The position numbers were made by a program, and so were the translations under genes. Shown here in pieces: positions 18,395 to 26,840 of a stretch of DNA of 27,002 bases; the first letter of the stretch is position 1, and every line of letters begins with the position of its first letter. The stretch is from Promethearchaeota archaeon (GTDB taxonomy: Archaea > Asgardarchaeota > Lokiarchaeia > Sigyniarchaeales > SOKP01). Under the pieces are notes generated by a model. It did no database searches. It was not told the origin of the DNA and saw nothing but the letters and a program-made list of their open reading frames with translations. The stretch is taken from NCBI GenBank assembly GCA_048941265.1, contig JBHLNT010000043.1, forward strand, positions 1-27,002. Reading direction: 5' to 3'.

Positions 18395-19102
18395 ATGAGT
18401 GAAAATTTGATTGAATTGGGTAAAAAAAACGCTGCCGAAAAAGCGGTGGATGAAAATATTAAAAAGAATATGATTTTAGGTGTCGGTAGTGGTTCTACTG
18501 TAGTATATGCCGTGAAAAGAATAGCAGAAATAAATAAGCAAAATGATTTAAACTTAAAATGCATTCCAACTTCTTTTCAATCCTATCAATTAATTGTGGA
18601 AAATAGATTGAACCTAGTATCTTTAAATCAATACCCTGAAATTGATTTAGATATTGATGGAGCAGATGAAATCGACAAAAATCTCAACTTAATTAAAGGC
18701 GGAGGTGGTTGCTTGGTTCAGGAAAAAATTATAGCCTCAAATTCAAAAGAACTGATCATTATTGCAGATTACAGAAAAAATTCAAAAAAACTTGGTGAAA
18801 ACTGGAAAAATGGAGTACCTATTGAAGTTATTCCAATCTCATACGTTCCAATCATGAAAAAACTCGAGAAATTAGGTGGTAAACCCGTTTTAAGAATGGC
18901 TATTGCGAAAGCAGGTCCCTTAATAACCGATAATGGAAACTTCATTATTGATGTAAATTTTGGAATTATTGAAAACCCTTCAGAATTGAATGAGAATATT
19001 CTTAAAATTCCGGGTATTGTTGATACCGGCTTCTTTATAGGAATGACTTCGAAAGCCTATATTGGCTTAGAAGATGGCAAAGTCCTAATTCTTAAAAAAT
19101 GA
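18395..19102 (+). CDS. rpiA: Ribose-5-phosphate isomerase A
   Basis: GVGSGST, DIDGADEID, IKGGGG, QEKII, PIEV, TDNGN. ATG at 18395; alternative TTG at 18386. Confidence 0.96.
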   Translation: MSENLIELGKKNAAEKAVDENIKKNMILGVGSGSTVVYAVKRIAEINKQNDLNLKCIPTSFQSYQLIVENRLNLVSLNQYPEIDLDIDGADEIDKNLNLIKGGGGCLVQEKIIASNSKELIIIADYRKNSKKLGENWKNGVPIEVIPISYVPIMKKLEKLGGKPVLRMAIAKAGPLITDNGNFIIDVNFGIIENPSELNENILKIPGIVDTGFFIGMTSKAYIGLEDGKVLILKK

Positions 19103-19124
19103 TCTTATTCTTAACTTTGAATTT

Positions 19125-19137
19125 AAAAAAAAAAAAA
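19125..19137 (-). terminator. Oligo-T tract (T13 on minus strand) just after the S8 protease stop
   Basis: A13 on the plus strand between convergent rpiA and S8 genes; oligo-U tracts act as archaeal terminators. Confidence 0.45.
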
Positions 19138-19144
19138 TTATTGA

Positions 19145-21619
19145 TTAGTATTCTGGTCTGTATTCGTAGCTATAATCTTTCTTACTTCTCTTGTAGCTTA
19201 TTATAACTATAATTATTGCAATCAAAGCGACTATAGCACCTATGATTACGAATAATGTTATATCTAATACTTGAACCTTTTTCTTATTATTGTCATCACC
19301 ATCTCCGCCAGAAGGGTAAGGTAGTCCAATTGCTTTTGCTACTAAGAAATATTTTCCATCATGATTAGCTGTAAAATTAAATATCTCATCTTTTCCTAAA
19401 ATCGCCGATGTACTTGAAGCAATTAAATCAGGTTCACCATATTCGGTGGGTGTACTGTTGTATAAATACAAATCATAATCCACCCCTGGAGGGACACTTA
19501 AATTAAAGGTATATTTTTGACCCTGCGTGAGATATACATGACGAGCATAGGCATGTCTGCCAAATGGGTTATAACGGGAACTATTAAGCGTAGGATTGAT
19601 TGTAAATGTTGTCCCAGATGGGATTGATTCATTTAACCAAGCCTCAATTGCAGCATCAATATTAATTCTTCCATAACCTTCATGCACGTCCTTTCCGCCT
19701 CTGTTAAGTTGAGGACTAAAGCTTGGATCATCTTCTCTTTGTAAAGGATAAGTTTCAGTAGCCGTCATTAATAAGATAGCTTTCACTAGTTTTGATTTTG
19801 TTCCATCATCCCAATTCCAATTATTTCCTCCTCCCATAGCTTGAATTAAAAGATTAGCAGCACCTGCTACGGCAGGACATGCCATCGAAGTTCCCTGTGC
19901 TGGTAGTAAATCATTTTGATAGGCGTCAGGAAATTCTCCTTCACAATCATTATCATTAGTATCAGCTGAAAGTATCATAAGACTGTTCGCACTGCCACCA
20001 GGAGCCATAATATCAGGTTTCTTGGTTTTAGTCGAATTTGAAGGCCCTCCTTGACTACTATAATATGTGATTTGATCATGATGATTCATTGCCGCAACAG
20101 TTATAACATTATCAGCATCTGCTGGAGACCCAATATAATCTCCACCTGCTCCATCATTTCCTGCACTTACTACAGTAACAATACCATTTTCTACAGCATT
20201 ATCAACTGCATCAATCATGGCAAGGAGTGAATAACCTGGTACATTGGGTCCAAGACTCATAGACATAACTGTAATGTTATAAATTTTCCTATTTGCGATA
20301 ACCCATTCAACACCCATAATAATATCATCCCAACTTCCACCTATACCTGGACTTAGTACTTTTACTCCCACTAAATGAGTATCTGGTGCTACTCCTTTAA
20401 AACGATTACCACATCCGAATGTACCTGGATTGAAATACCAATGAATTTCTCCTCTAAAAGCAAATTCTGGCCATATTACTAATGAATCTCCTGAATAATC
20501 GACGAACTCGATAATAAGCCATAATTCATAAATACCTAATTCATTTGATGAGATATCATAGGTTATATTATCTAACCAATTAACATTAGTATAACCGGTC
20601 CAATTTATCACGGTATCTTTATATACGAGATATGCAGCTCCCCAAGCTCGATCTGGGCCTGAAGGTAAATCTTTATAAGTACATTCGACTTCAATTTGAC
20701 CTGGAGAAGTTATATTAAAAGTAGCAGATTTGAATCCAATAATATCCCCATCATGAAAAGCATAAGGGGAAAGATCATATTTAGCATTTGCACTCGCAAC
20801 TATTCGCCCAATTCCATCTGACACAGATGTGCCCTCACCAGCAGCAATTCCCGCACAGTGAGATCCGTGCCCGTCATCATCATAGGCGGTTCCGTTATCA
20901 CCTCCCGGAGTAAAATCTACCCATCCTACTATTTTTTTTGTAAAATCACCATCTACATAACCTCCAGAAAAGAAATCATGAGTACCATCAATACCAGAAT
21001 CAACTATGGCAATTGAACTAGTATTATCTCCAGAATACCCTCCCCCTAAATTTTTCCACACATATGGACGGAGATTCATATTTCGAGAGGTATAGTACAG
21101 ATTTGATTTAGCCTTTCCATTCTCTTCAATGAAAAATTTAATATCATCTTGTCTTAACTGGTCATAAAAAAGAAGAAATCCCTCATAATCAATTTTTCCG
21201 GCAAACCCGTTAATTGCTTGTTTATAGGTATATTTTATAGTACCTCCGTATTTGTTAAAAAGCGAAATGGTTGTTGAGTAATTAAATGTATCTGGAAATT
21301 GTATGATGAAACTTATTTGATCATTCGAATCAGAATCAAGTATAATAGCAGAATCTTCCAGCTTATATAAATTATAGTCAAAATTATCATTTATTCCATT
21401 TCTGTTTTTATCAAGATTGAAAATCTTTGTATTCCAATCCTTATTAATAAAAAAATTATCTTTTTCTTCGGTCTTGTCTGAAACTGAATTTTTATGGATT
21501 TGATTATATGTGGAATTAATAATTGATTTGCGTTTAATTCCCATAGGTGGGGTGAAAATATAGCTGGAAAGTATTAAAATAAGTAAAAGAAAATTTGCTT
21601 TTTTTTTTAAATTTTTCAT
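19145..21619 (-). CDS. Secreted, C-terminally membrane-anchored S8 (subtilisin-like) serine protease with I9-like propeptide and PPC-like domain
   Basis: Signal peptide (MKNLKKKANFLLLILIL), triad VDSG / HGSH / GTSMA, oxyanion SAGN, PPC-like FNLSVPPGVDYDLYLY, TM helix then KRSKK. ATG at 21619; alternative TTG at 21628. Confidence 0.93.
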   Translation of the reverse strand: MKNLKKKANFLLLILILSSYIFTPPMGIKRKSIINSTYNQIHKNSVSDKTEEKDNFFINKDWNTKIFNLDKNRNGINDNFDYNLYKLEDSAIILDSDSNDQISFIIQFPDTFNYSTTISLFNKYGGTIKYTYKQAINGFAGKIDYEGFLLFYDQLRQDDIKFFIEENGKAKSNLYYTSRNMNLRPYVWKNLGGGYSGDNTSSIAIVDSGIDGTHDFFSGGYVDGDFTKKIVGWVDFTPGGDNGTAYDDDGHGSHCAGIAAGEGTSVSDGIGRIVASANAKYDLSPYAFHDGDIIGFKSATFNITSPGQIEVECTYKDLPSGPDRAWGAAYLVYKDTVINWTGYTNVNWLDNITYDISSNELGIYELWLIIEFVDYSGDSLVIWPEFAFRGEIHWYFNPGTFGCGNRFKGVAPDTHLVGVKVLSPGIGGSWDDIIMGVEWVIANRKIYNITVMSMSLGPNVPGYSLLAMIDAVDNAVENGIVTVVSAGNDGAGGDYIGSPADADNVITVAAMNHHDQITYYSSQGGPSNSTKTKKPDIMAPGGSANSLMILSADTNDNDCEGEFPDAYQNDLLPAQGTSMACPAVAGAANLLIQAMGGGNNWNWDDGTKSKLVKAILLMTATETYPLQREDDPSFSPQLNRGGKDVHEGYGRINIDAAIEAWLNESIPSGTTFTINPTLNSSRYNPFGRHAYARHVYLTQGQKYTFNLSVPPGVDYDLYLYNSTPTEYGEPDLIASSTSAILGKDEIFNFTANHDGKYFLVAKAIGLPYPSGGDGDDNNKKKVQVLDITLFVIIGAIVALIAIIIVIISYKRSKKDYSYEYRPEY

Positions 21620-21724
21620 AGATCTCAAATATTCAATCTGGTATTTATTTCTTATTTCTCTACCTTAAAAACCATAATTTTTTTTAAAAATTAATTATTA
21701 TTTATCTAACATAGAACGGTCTTC

Positions 21725-21740
21725 ATTAAAATTTTATCGG
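21725..21740 (+). promoter_or_regulatory. Possible BRE/TATA element of the tRNA gene
   Basis: attaaaattttat about 25-35 nt upstream of the tRNA 5' end; weak evidence in an AT-rich background. Confidence 0.3.
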
Positions 21741-21762
21741 GCTCATCAAAATTTTTAGAAAT

Positions 21763-21860
21763 GGGGTCGTGGATTAGCTCGGAAGATCGTTCGCTTGGCA
21801 TGCGAAAGGCCGCGGGTTCGAATCTCGCTTATTTGGCGAGCGACATTCCCGCCGACTCCA
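21763..21860 (+). tRNA. tRNA-Ala(GGC) with a 24-nt intron at non-canonical position 59/60 (intron 21823-21846); CCA not encoded
   Basis: Acceptor GGGGTCG/CGACTCC with the G3:U70 Ala determinant and A73; D-stem GATT/GATC; anticodon stem TTCGC/GCGAA with GGC at 21797-21799; T-stem GCGGG/CCCGC; T-loop interrupted by a bulge-helix-bulge structure. Confidence 0.93.
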
Positions 21861-22083
21861 TAATTGACTCCATTTTTAAATTTTAAATATTTTAATTATC
21901 AGAAAAAAGCTTGAATTAGCTCTAGACAAAATTTAAATTGGAAAATTTAATCTGAAATAATTTAGATGAAAATTTTTTTAACGTCCAAATCTTATTTAAT
22001 ATAATTATCAAAATTTTAGATGGTAATTTCATATCCCCCTCACTACAGTCAAAACAAAGGATTTAATTCCAATAGTTTTAGTT

Positions 22084-24288
22084 GTGCTATTATTATTTGT
22101 TTCTATCGCATGTGCCAACATGCTTATACCAAGCTATGCTGCAATTAAGCAAGAATTTGATATTCCCATTGCTCTAGTTGCAATTCCAGATGCTTTATTT
22201 ATATTAACCAGCGCTTGTTTTGCTATCATATGGGGTTATTACACTGATCGTATAAGTAGAACAAAGGTACTCAGAGTAGGTGCATTTTGTTGGACTTTTG
22301 GAATGCTGCTTACTGCTAATAGTACTTCTTACGAAATGTTAATTTTAAGTAGAATGCTAAGTGGTGCCGGATTAGGATGTGTTTTACCCGTGGGCTATTC
22401 TATCATTTCAGATGCCATCCCTCCCGAGGAGCGTTCAGGTTGGTTCGGAGCGTTAGCAATTTTGAGTTCAATTTCAAACGGAACGGGACAAGCTTTATCA
22501 TCATTCGTTGGACCTATTTATGGATGGAGATTCCCCTTTATTCTCTTATCAATCATCAGCTTTTTTATATTAGGTATTTTATTTTTTGTAAAAATACCTC
22601 AGAGGGGCGCAAGTGAAAGAGAATTATTAGATTTAACGGAATTTAATTTAGAATATAGTTATCGTATCTCCAGAGAAGATTTAGCCGAAATTATAAGAAA
22701 AAAGACAAACCGTCATTTAGTAGGACAAGGTTTTTTAACTGTAATTCCTGGAACGATTCTAATTTATTTTCTAACATCAATGTTGGCGCTTTATTATTTT
22801 GCCGAATTGCCCTCAGAGATTAGATTACAAACGGCCGCAATTTTTGCCGGAATGGTTGGAATTGGCTATTTATTAGGTAATGTAGTCATTTCGCGATTAA
22901 GCGATGCATTATATAAAAGAAATAAAAAGAATCGAGCAAGATTAGCTACAGTCTGCATGATAATTGCAATCCCATGTTGTTTACTAATGCTATTTATTAT
23001 TCAACCGGTAAAGGTCGCAGAATTAAACATTGATTATCCTGATCCGATCCCAGCAGGTGAAACTTGGCATTATATTATCTTGACAATTCAAGAAGTATTC
23101 AGAGTATATCCCTGCTATATATGGTATTTTGTTATAGCTTTAATTGGCTCAACTTTAGGTGCCGCCCCAGTAGCAAATAAAAATGCGATAATGGTTGACG
23201 TAAATATGCCAGAACACAAAGGAACCGCAGCCTCATTTTTCAATCTATCTGAACAATTAGGTAAAGGATTAACTCTTTTAATTTCATTTATGTTGATATC
23301 AATGCTCGGAAGTATTTTTAATATGATGGTATTTGCTGTCTTTTTCTGGCTTCCCGCGGCTTTCTTTTGGTATCTTGCAAGCAAAACTGTTGAGGAAGAT
23401 ATGACAACGAAATCTAGAATACTATCCGAAAGAAAACAAGTAACTCTTATTGATTATATTTTTGAGTTAGAAATCCAGATGGATAGAGCGATACAGAAAG
23501 TCCAGGATTCGAAATATTATATCGAATCCAATTATGACAAATTCAATGAATTATTAAACTCTGCAATAAAGATTTTTATCTTTTGTGAGAAAGAGGGTGT
23601 TTCTAGAAGTATCACAAATATAGAAAAGAAAGCTCATATACTTAAATTAAGGACTCTATTATTAAAATCAGAAAGCAATAAAATTTTCAAACAATTAAAT
23701 AATAAAAATCTTAACGTTAGAGAAATTGATGCTTTAAATGAACATTTAAGACAAATCAGGAGGAAAATTGACGAGTGGGAGAAGAGTACGTTTGGAGAAT
23801 TGGAAACATATTATGAAGATGCCTATTTAAAAATTGTAGAAGCCAGACTTAATCGCCAAGATTTAATTAAAAGCAGGGAAAAAATAGCTCAGACGATTCA
23901 TATTTATGAGAGATTAAAGTATCTTCTTATTGAAAGAATTGAAGATATAGAAGCAAAAGAAGATTTAGGGGATGAAGAATTAATTGTCTTTAATAAAGAA
24001 AAAGATCTCCTAGATAAATGCACTAAATCTCTTTCAGCTACGCTTAAACTTAAAGATGAAATAGATAATGTATTTATCCAATTAAAAGAACATGGTATTC
24101 GACAATGGGATTTAAGGAAAATTTCACAACTCACCTCTGAATATCAAGTGGACATATATCAGGTAATTATCGATACCTTTGGTCAAGATAGTGAAACAAA
24201 AGAAGCAATTATAGAGATCTTACAAAAAATTGATAATATCTTTAATGAATATGATAAGACGCGACCTGATTATACTCCCATATTTTAA
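22084..24288 (+). CDS. MFS transporter fused to a ~295-aa C-terminal alpha-helical soluble domain; true start probably further upstream
   Basis: MFS motif A (WGYYTDRISRTK), SRMLSGAGLG, IISDAIPPEERS, GWRFPF, SRLSDALY, about 12 TM helices ending near 23380, followed by a hydrophilic K/E/L/I-rich region. Confidence 0.88.
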   Translation: MLLLFVSIACANMLIPSYAAIKQEFDIPIALVAIPDALFILTSACFAIIWGYYTDRISRTKVLRVGAFCWTFGMLLTANSTSYEMLILSRMLSGAGLGCVLPVGYSIISDAIPPEERSGWFGALAILSSISNGTGQALSSFVGPIYGWRFPFILLSIISFFILGILFFVKIPQRGASERELLDLTEFNLEYSYRISREDLAEIIRKKTNRHLVGQGFLTVIPGTILIYFLTSMLALYYFAELPSEIRLQTAAIFAGMVGIGYLLGNVVISRLSDALYKRNKKNRARLATVCMIIAIPCCLLMLFIIQPVKVAELNIDYPDPIPAGETWHYIILTIQEVFRVYPCYIWYFVIALIGSTLGAAPVANKNAIMVDVNMPEHKGTAASFFNLSEQLGKGLTLLISFMLISMLGSIFNMMVFAVFFWLPAAFFWYLASKTVEEDMTTKSRILSERKQVTLIDYIFELEIQMDRAIQKVQDSKYYIESNYDKFNELLNSAIKIFIFCEKEGVSRSITNIEKKAHILKLRTLLLKSESNKIFKQLNNKNLNVREIDALNEHLRQIRRKIDEWEKSTFGELETYYEDAYLKIVEARLNRQDLIKSREKIAQTIHIYERLKYLLIERIEDIEAKEDLGDEELIVFNKEKDLLDKCTKSLSATLKLKDEIDNVFIQLKEHGIRQWDLRKISQLTSEYQVDIYQVIIDTFGQDSETKEAIIEILQKIDNIFNEYDKTRPDYTPIF

Positions 24289-24328
24289 TGATAATTCATA
24301 ATTATTTGTTTTAATAAAGGATTTTAAC

Positions 24329-24634
24329 TTAATTGAAATTATTTATTTCTGATTTTAAAATATCAATATATTTAATTCTTTCTTTTTTCGTAATCTTATG
24401 AATAGGAACTCCCTGTGAGTGATATCGATCAGGATAATCTATATCGAAAAACAAATTAACTAAAAGGAGCAGGCAATTTCTAATTCTTAAATAATTTTCT
24501 GGATTTTTTTCTTCTAAATCTCCCATTAAGTCAACTAAAATATGGTTGATCCAGATTTTAATTGCTCGAGATTTTTGGTTCTCTCTATTCTCATAATATA
24601 TTAAAATTTCATCTAAACAATCCATTTTCAACAA
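24329..24634 (-). CDS. Hypothetical protein; start uncertain (frame open to 24730)
   Basis: 101-aa ORF from TTG; 32 further sense codons upstream lack an ATG/GTG/TTG start. Confidence 0.55.
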   Translation of the reverse strand: MLKMDCLDEILIYYENRENQKSRAIKIWINHILVDLMGDLEEKNPENYLRIRNCLLLLVNLFFDIDYPDRYHSQGVPIHKITKKERIKYIDILKSEINNFN

Positions 24635-24926
24635 TAAACCAATTTGAAATTCTTTTCTCTTATACCAAGATAAGACATAATGACTTACCCTTTTAAATTT
24701 TTTGTGTTGAAAAAAGATTTTAAATTCCTTTTAATAATAATGATTTTTCTTCTCTGAATAAGATTAAATGTTTAATATAAATAGGAAAATTATTGAACTT
24801 CACTAAATTTAAATTATAATCAATAATTTAATTATTTGGTTTAGTCTTTTCTATTATTTAATATCTAATTTAGTGATTAAAGGTCGCTGCTAATTTTTTA
24901 TATGATGAGTGAAAGATTTAGGCTTT

Positions 24927-25475
24927 TTAAACTTCTACAGATTCAATAAAGATATCTATGCTCTGCTCTAAATCTACAATATCATTCGCATCTTTAATAT
25001 CTGTGCTAGCGAGCTTATTTAAAAATTCCTTTAGTATCTTTTCCTTAACTTTATCAGTAGGAAATAGTAAACTGCTTCTATAGTGTTCCCAGTCGAGGAT
25101 GTTAGAAAAAATTAAAAATAAAATCTCTATATGGCTGTATTCAATCAAGCTCAATAATTTATCTTTTGTTATAAGATCCTTAGTGTGATCTTTATAGAAG
25201 TTCGATAGATCGTTATAATAGTTAGTAAGACGAGCGATATTTTCTAATTGAGTCTGAAGAGCAGCTTGGTTAATAGGAGAATCTTCATCTTTATATAATA
25301 TTTCGAAATAATTCATAATGAACTCTTTTAACCGTTGTACCTTGGTTTGAAAGACTCTAGTCTTCACAATTCTTTCAAACATAGGACTCTCACGATCCTT
25401 ATAAAATTTTAGCTCAAATTTTACGAGATCTAGGATATCAAAAAAAAGTTCTCTTATATTAATTTCTTTTGCCAT
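24927..25475 (-). CDS. Hypothetical alpha-helical protein (182 aa)
   Basis: ATG start, amphipathic helical pattern, no recognisable motif. Confidence 0.72.
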   Translation of the reverse strand: MAKEINIRELFFDILDLVKFELKFYKDRESPMFERIVKTRVFQTKVQRLKEFIMNYFEILYKDEDSPINQAALQTQLENIARLTNYYNDLSNFYKDHTKDLITKDKLLSLIEYSHIEILFLIFSNILDWEHYRSSLLFPTDKVKEKILKEFLNKLASTDIKDANDIVDLEQSIDIFIESVEV

Positions 25476-25671
25476 TTTTTATTTAATTTTTTTTTATTTA
25501 GTTTATATAATATCATCTAATCTATAAAAATCTACTATTTATAGAATCCCAGATGTATTAATAAATTTTTTTTTAACCTTTATCCAATAATTAAAAAATG
25601 GTATTTATCCTTAAAAATAAGGAGAATTTGACCAATTGATTTAAAAACTCATAAATTTATATATTTTTTAC

Positions 25672-26601
25672 TTATTTTCTCATTTTTATCCTTAATTTTT
25701 TAAAAAGAATCCCTTTGATATGAATTTTTATTATTCTGAAGGGACAACGAAGCATAAAGTTAAGATCTGTTTCAGGATTATGCCTTAATTCAAGAAATCT
25801 TGTATAAAATCTATTTGCTCTCCTCTTATATCCTGCTGATTTCTCAAAAACTGTAAATCGTTTAATAATGGTCTTAAGAGATTTAGAATCTTCAAAAACA
25901 TAAAAATTAGAAGCCCGAAGGGACCACTTAATAGTCTCTAATTGATATTTAGGTTTGAGTATTTTTAAAGGGGAAAATAAAATCCAGAACAGGGATATCA
26001 ATAAATTCATCGTAATACTCTTTACCATATCAAAGGGTTCAATTTCTACCTTTTCTTTCACAAGATCCCTTAAATCTTCACCCCATAGAACCGAACTATT
26101 ATCTACTACGCTATTCAATACAATTTTTTTTGGAGCAAACATATCGGAAAGGAACTTATTAACACTGAATATTTTATGAAAAATACCTCTTTCAAAATGA
26201 GTTTTTTTTGTTAAAAAATGACTCACAAACATCCCTGTTGTCTGTTGCATGACATCAATCATTTTATTAACAAAATTAGAATTAGATTTCCGAAAATTAT
26301 GTTTATTCTCCAGAGCAATGAAGTATTTCTCAATCCTTCTAATAAAAGATGTTGAGACATTATCTTTAAAAACAATGAGTAAATCACAATCGGAAATAGC
26401 GGTGTTTTCTCTTCTTTGATGATGATTTTTCAATTGACTACCAAAAAGTATTATTGATAAGATTTTATCAATTCCAATTTTATCATTTATGAGTAAAGCA
26501 ACATCTTGGATATAGTTTCTGGATTGCTCATTGATATCTATTAATTTTAAACCGATTTCATCCCTGAATCTTTTCGATTCAAATAAATGAGTTTCTTGCA
26601 A
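25672..26601 (-). CDS. Pol-beta superfamily nucleotidyltransferase domain protein with helical C-terminal domain
   Basis: SIILFGS ... SDCDLLIVF (hG[GS]-xn-DxD signature), later VLWGED typical of the end of MNT-like domains. Confidence 0.8.
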   Translation of the reverse strand: MQETHLFESKRFRDEIGLKLIDINEQSRNYIQDVALLINDKIGIDKILSIILFGSQLKNHHQRRENTAISDCDLLIVFKDNVSTSFIRRIEKYFIALENKHNFRKSNSNFVNKMIDVMQQTTGMFVSHFLTKKTHFERGIFHKIFSVNKFLSDMFAPKKIVLNSVVDNSSVLWGEDLRDLVKEKVEIEPFDMVKSITMNLLISLFWILFSPLKILKPKYQLETIKWSLRASNFYVFEDSKSLKTIIKRFTVFEKSAGYKRRANRFYTRFLELRHNPETDLNFMLRCPFRIIKIHIKGILFKKLRIKMRK

Positions 26602-26840
26602 AAGTTATCATTAACTTATTGTTATTCTATTTGTGTTAGAGCATCTTTGGAATTAAATTTCCTAGTTTTAATTATTCAAAAGACGTTTTAAATAAATATT
26701 TCTTTAAATAAATTTAAAATTTTGTATCTCTTTAAAAAATTGATAATAATCCACTCTAACTCCAAATTTTTTTATTTTTTAAGGAAAGTTAATGTCGGAT
26801 CCTAAATTTTTTATGGTAAACCAAAATTAAATAAAGAACT

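Noticed and set aside
14968-18564. Short ORFs at 14968, 16067, 16775, 17176, 17261, 18084 and 18367
   Set aside because: They overlap the TPR, dodecin, thiolase, purE or rpiA genes on the opposite strand.
22377-26179. Short ORFs at 22377, 23115, 23904 and 25955
   Set aside because: Nested within the MFS or NTase genes with no independent support.
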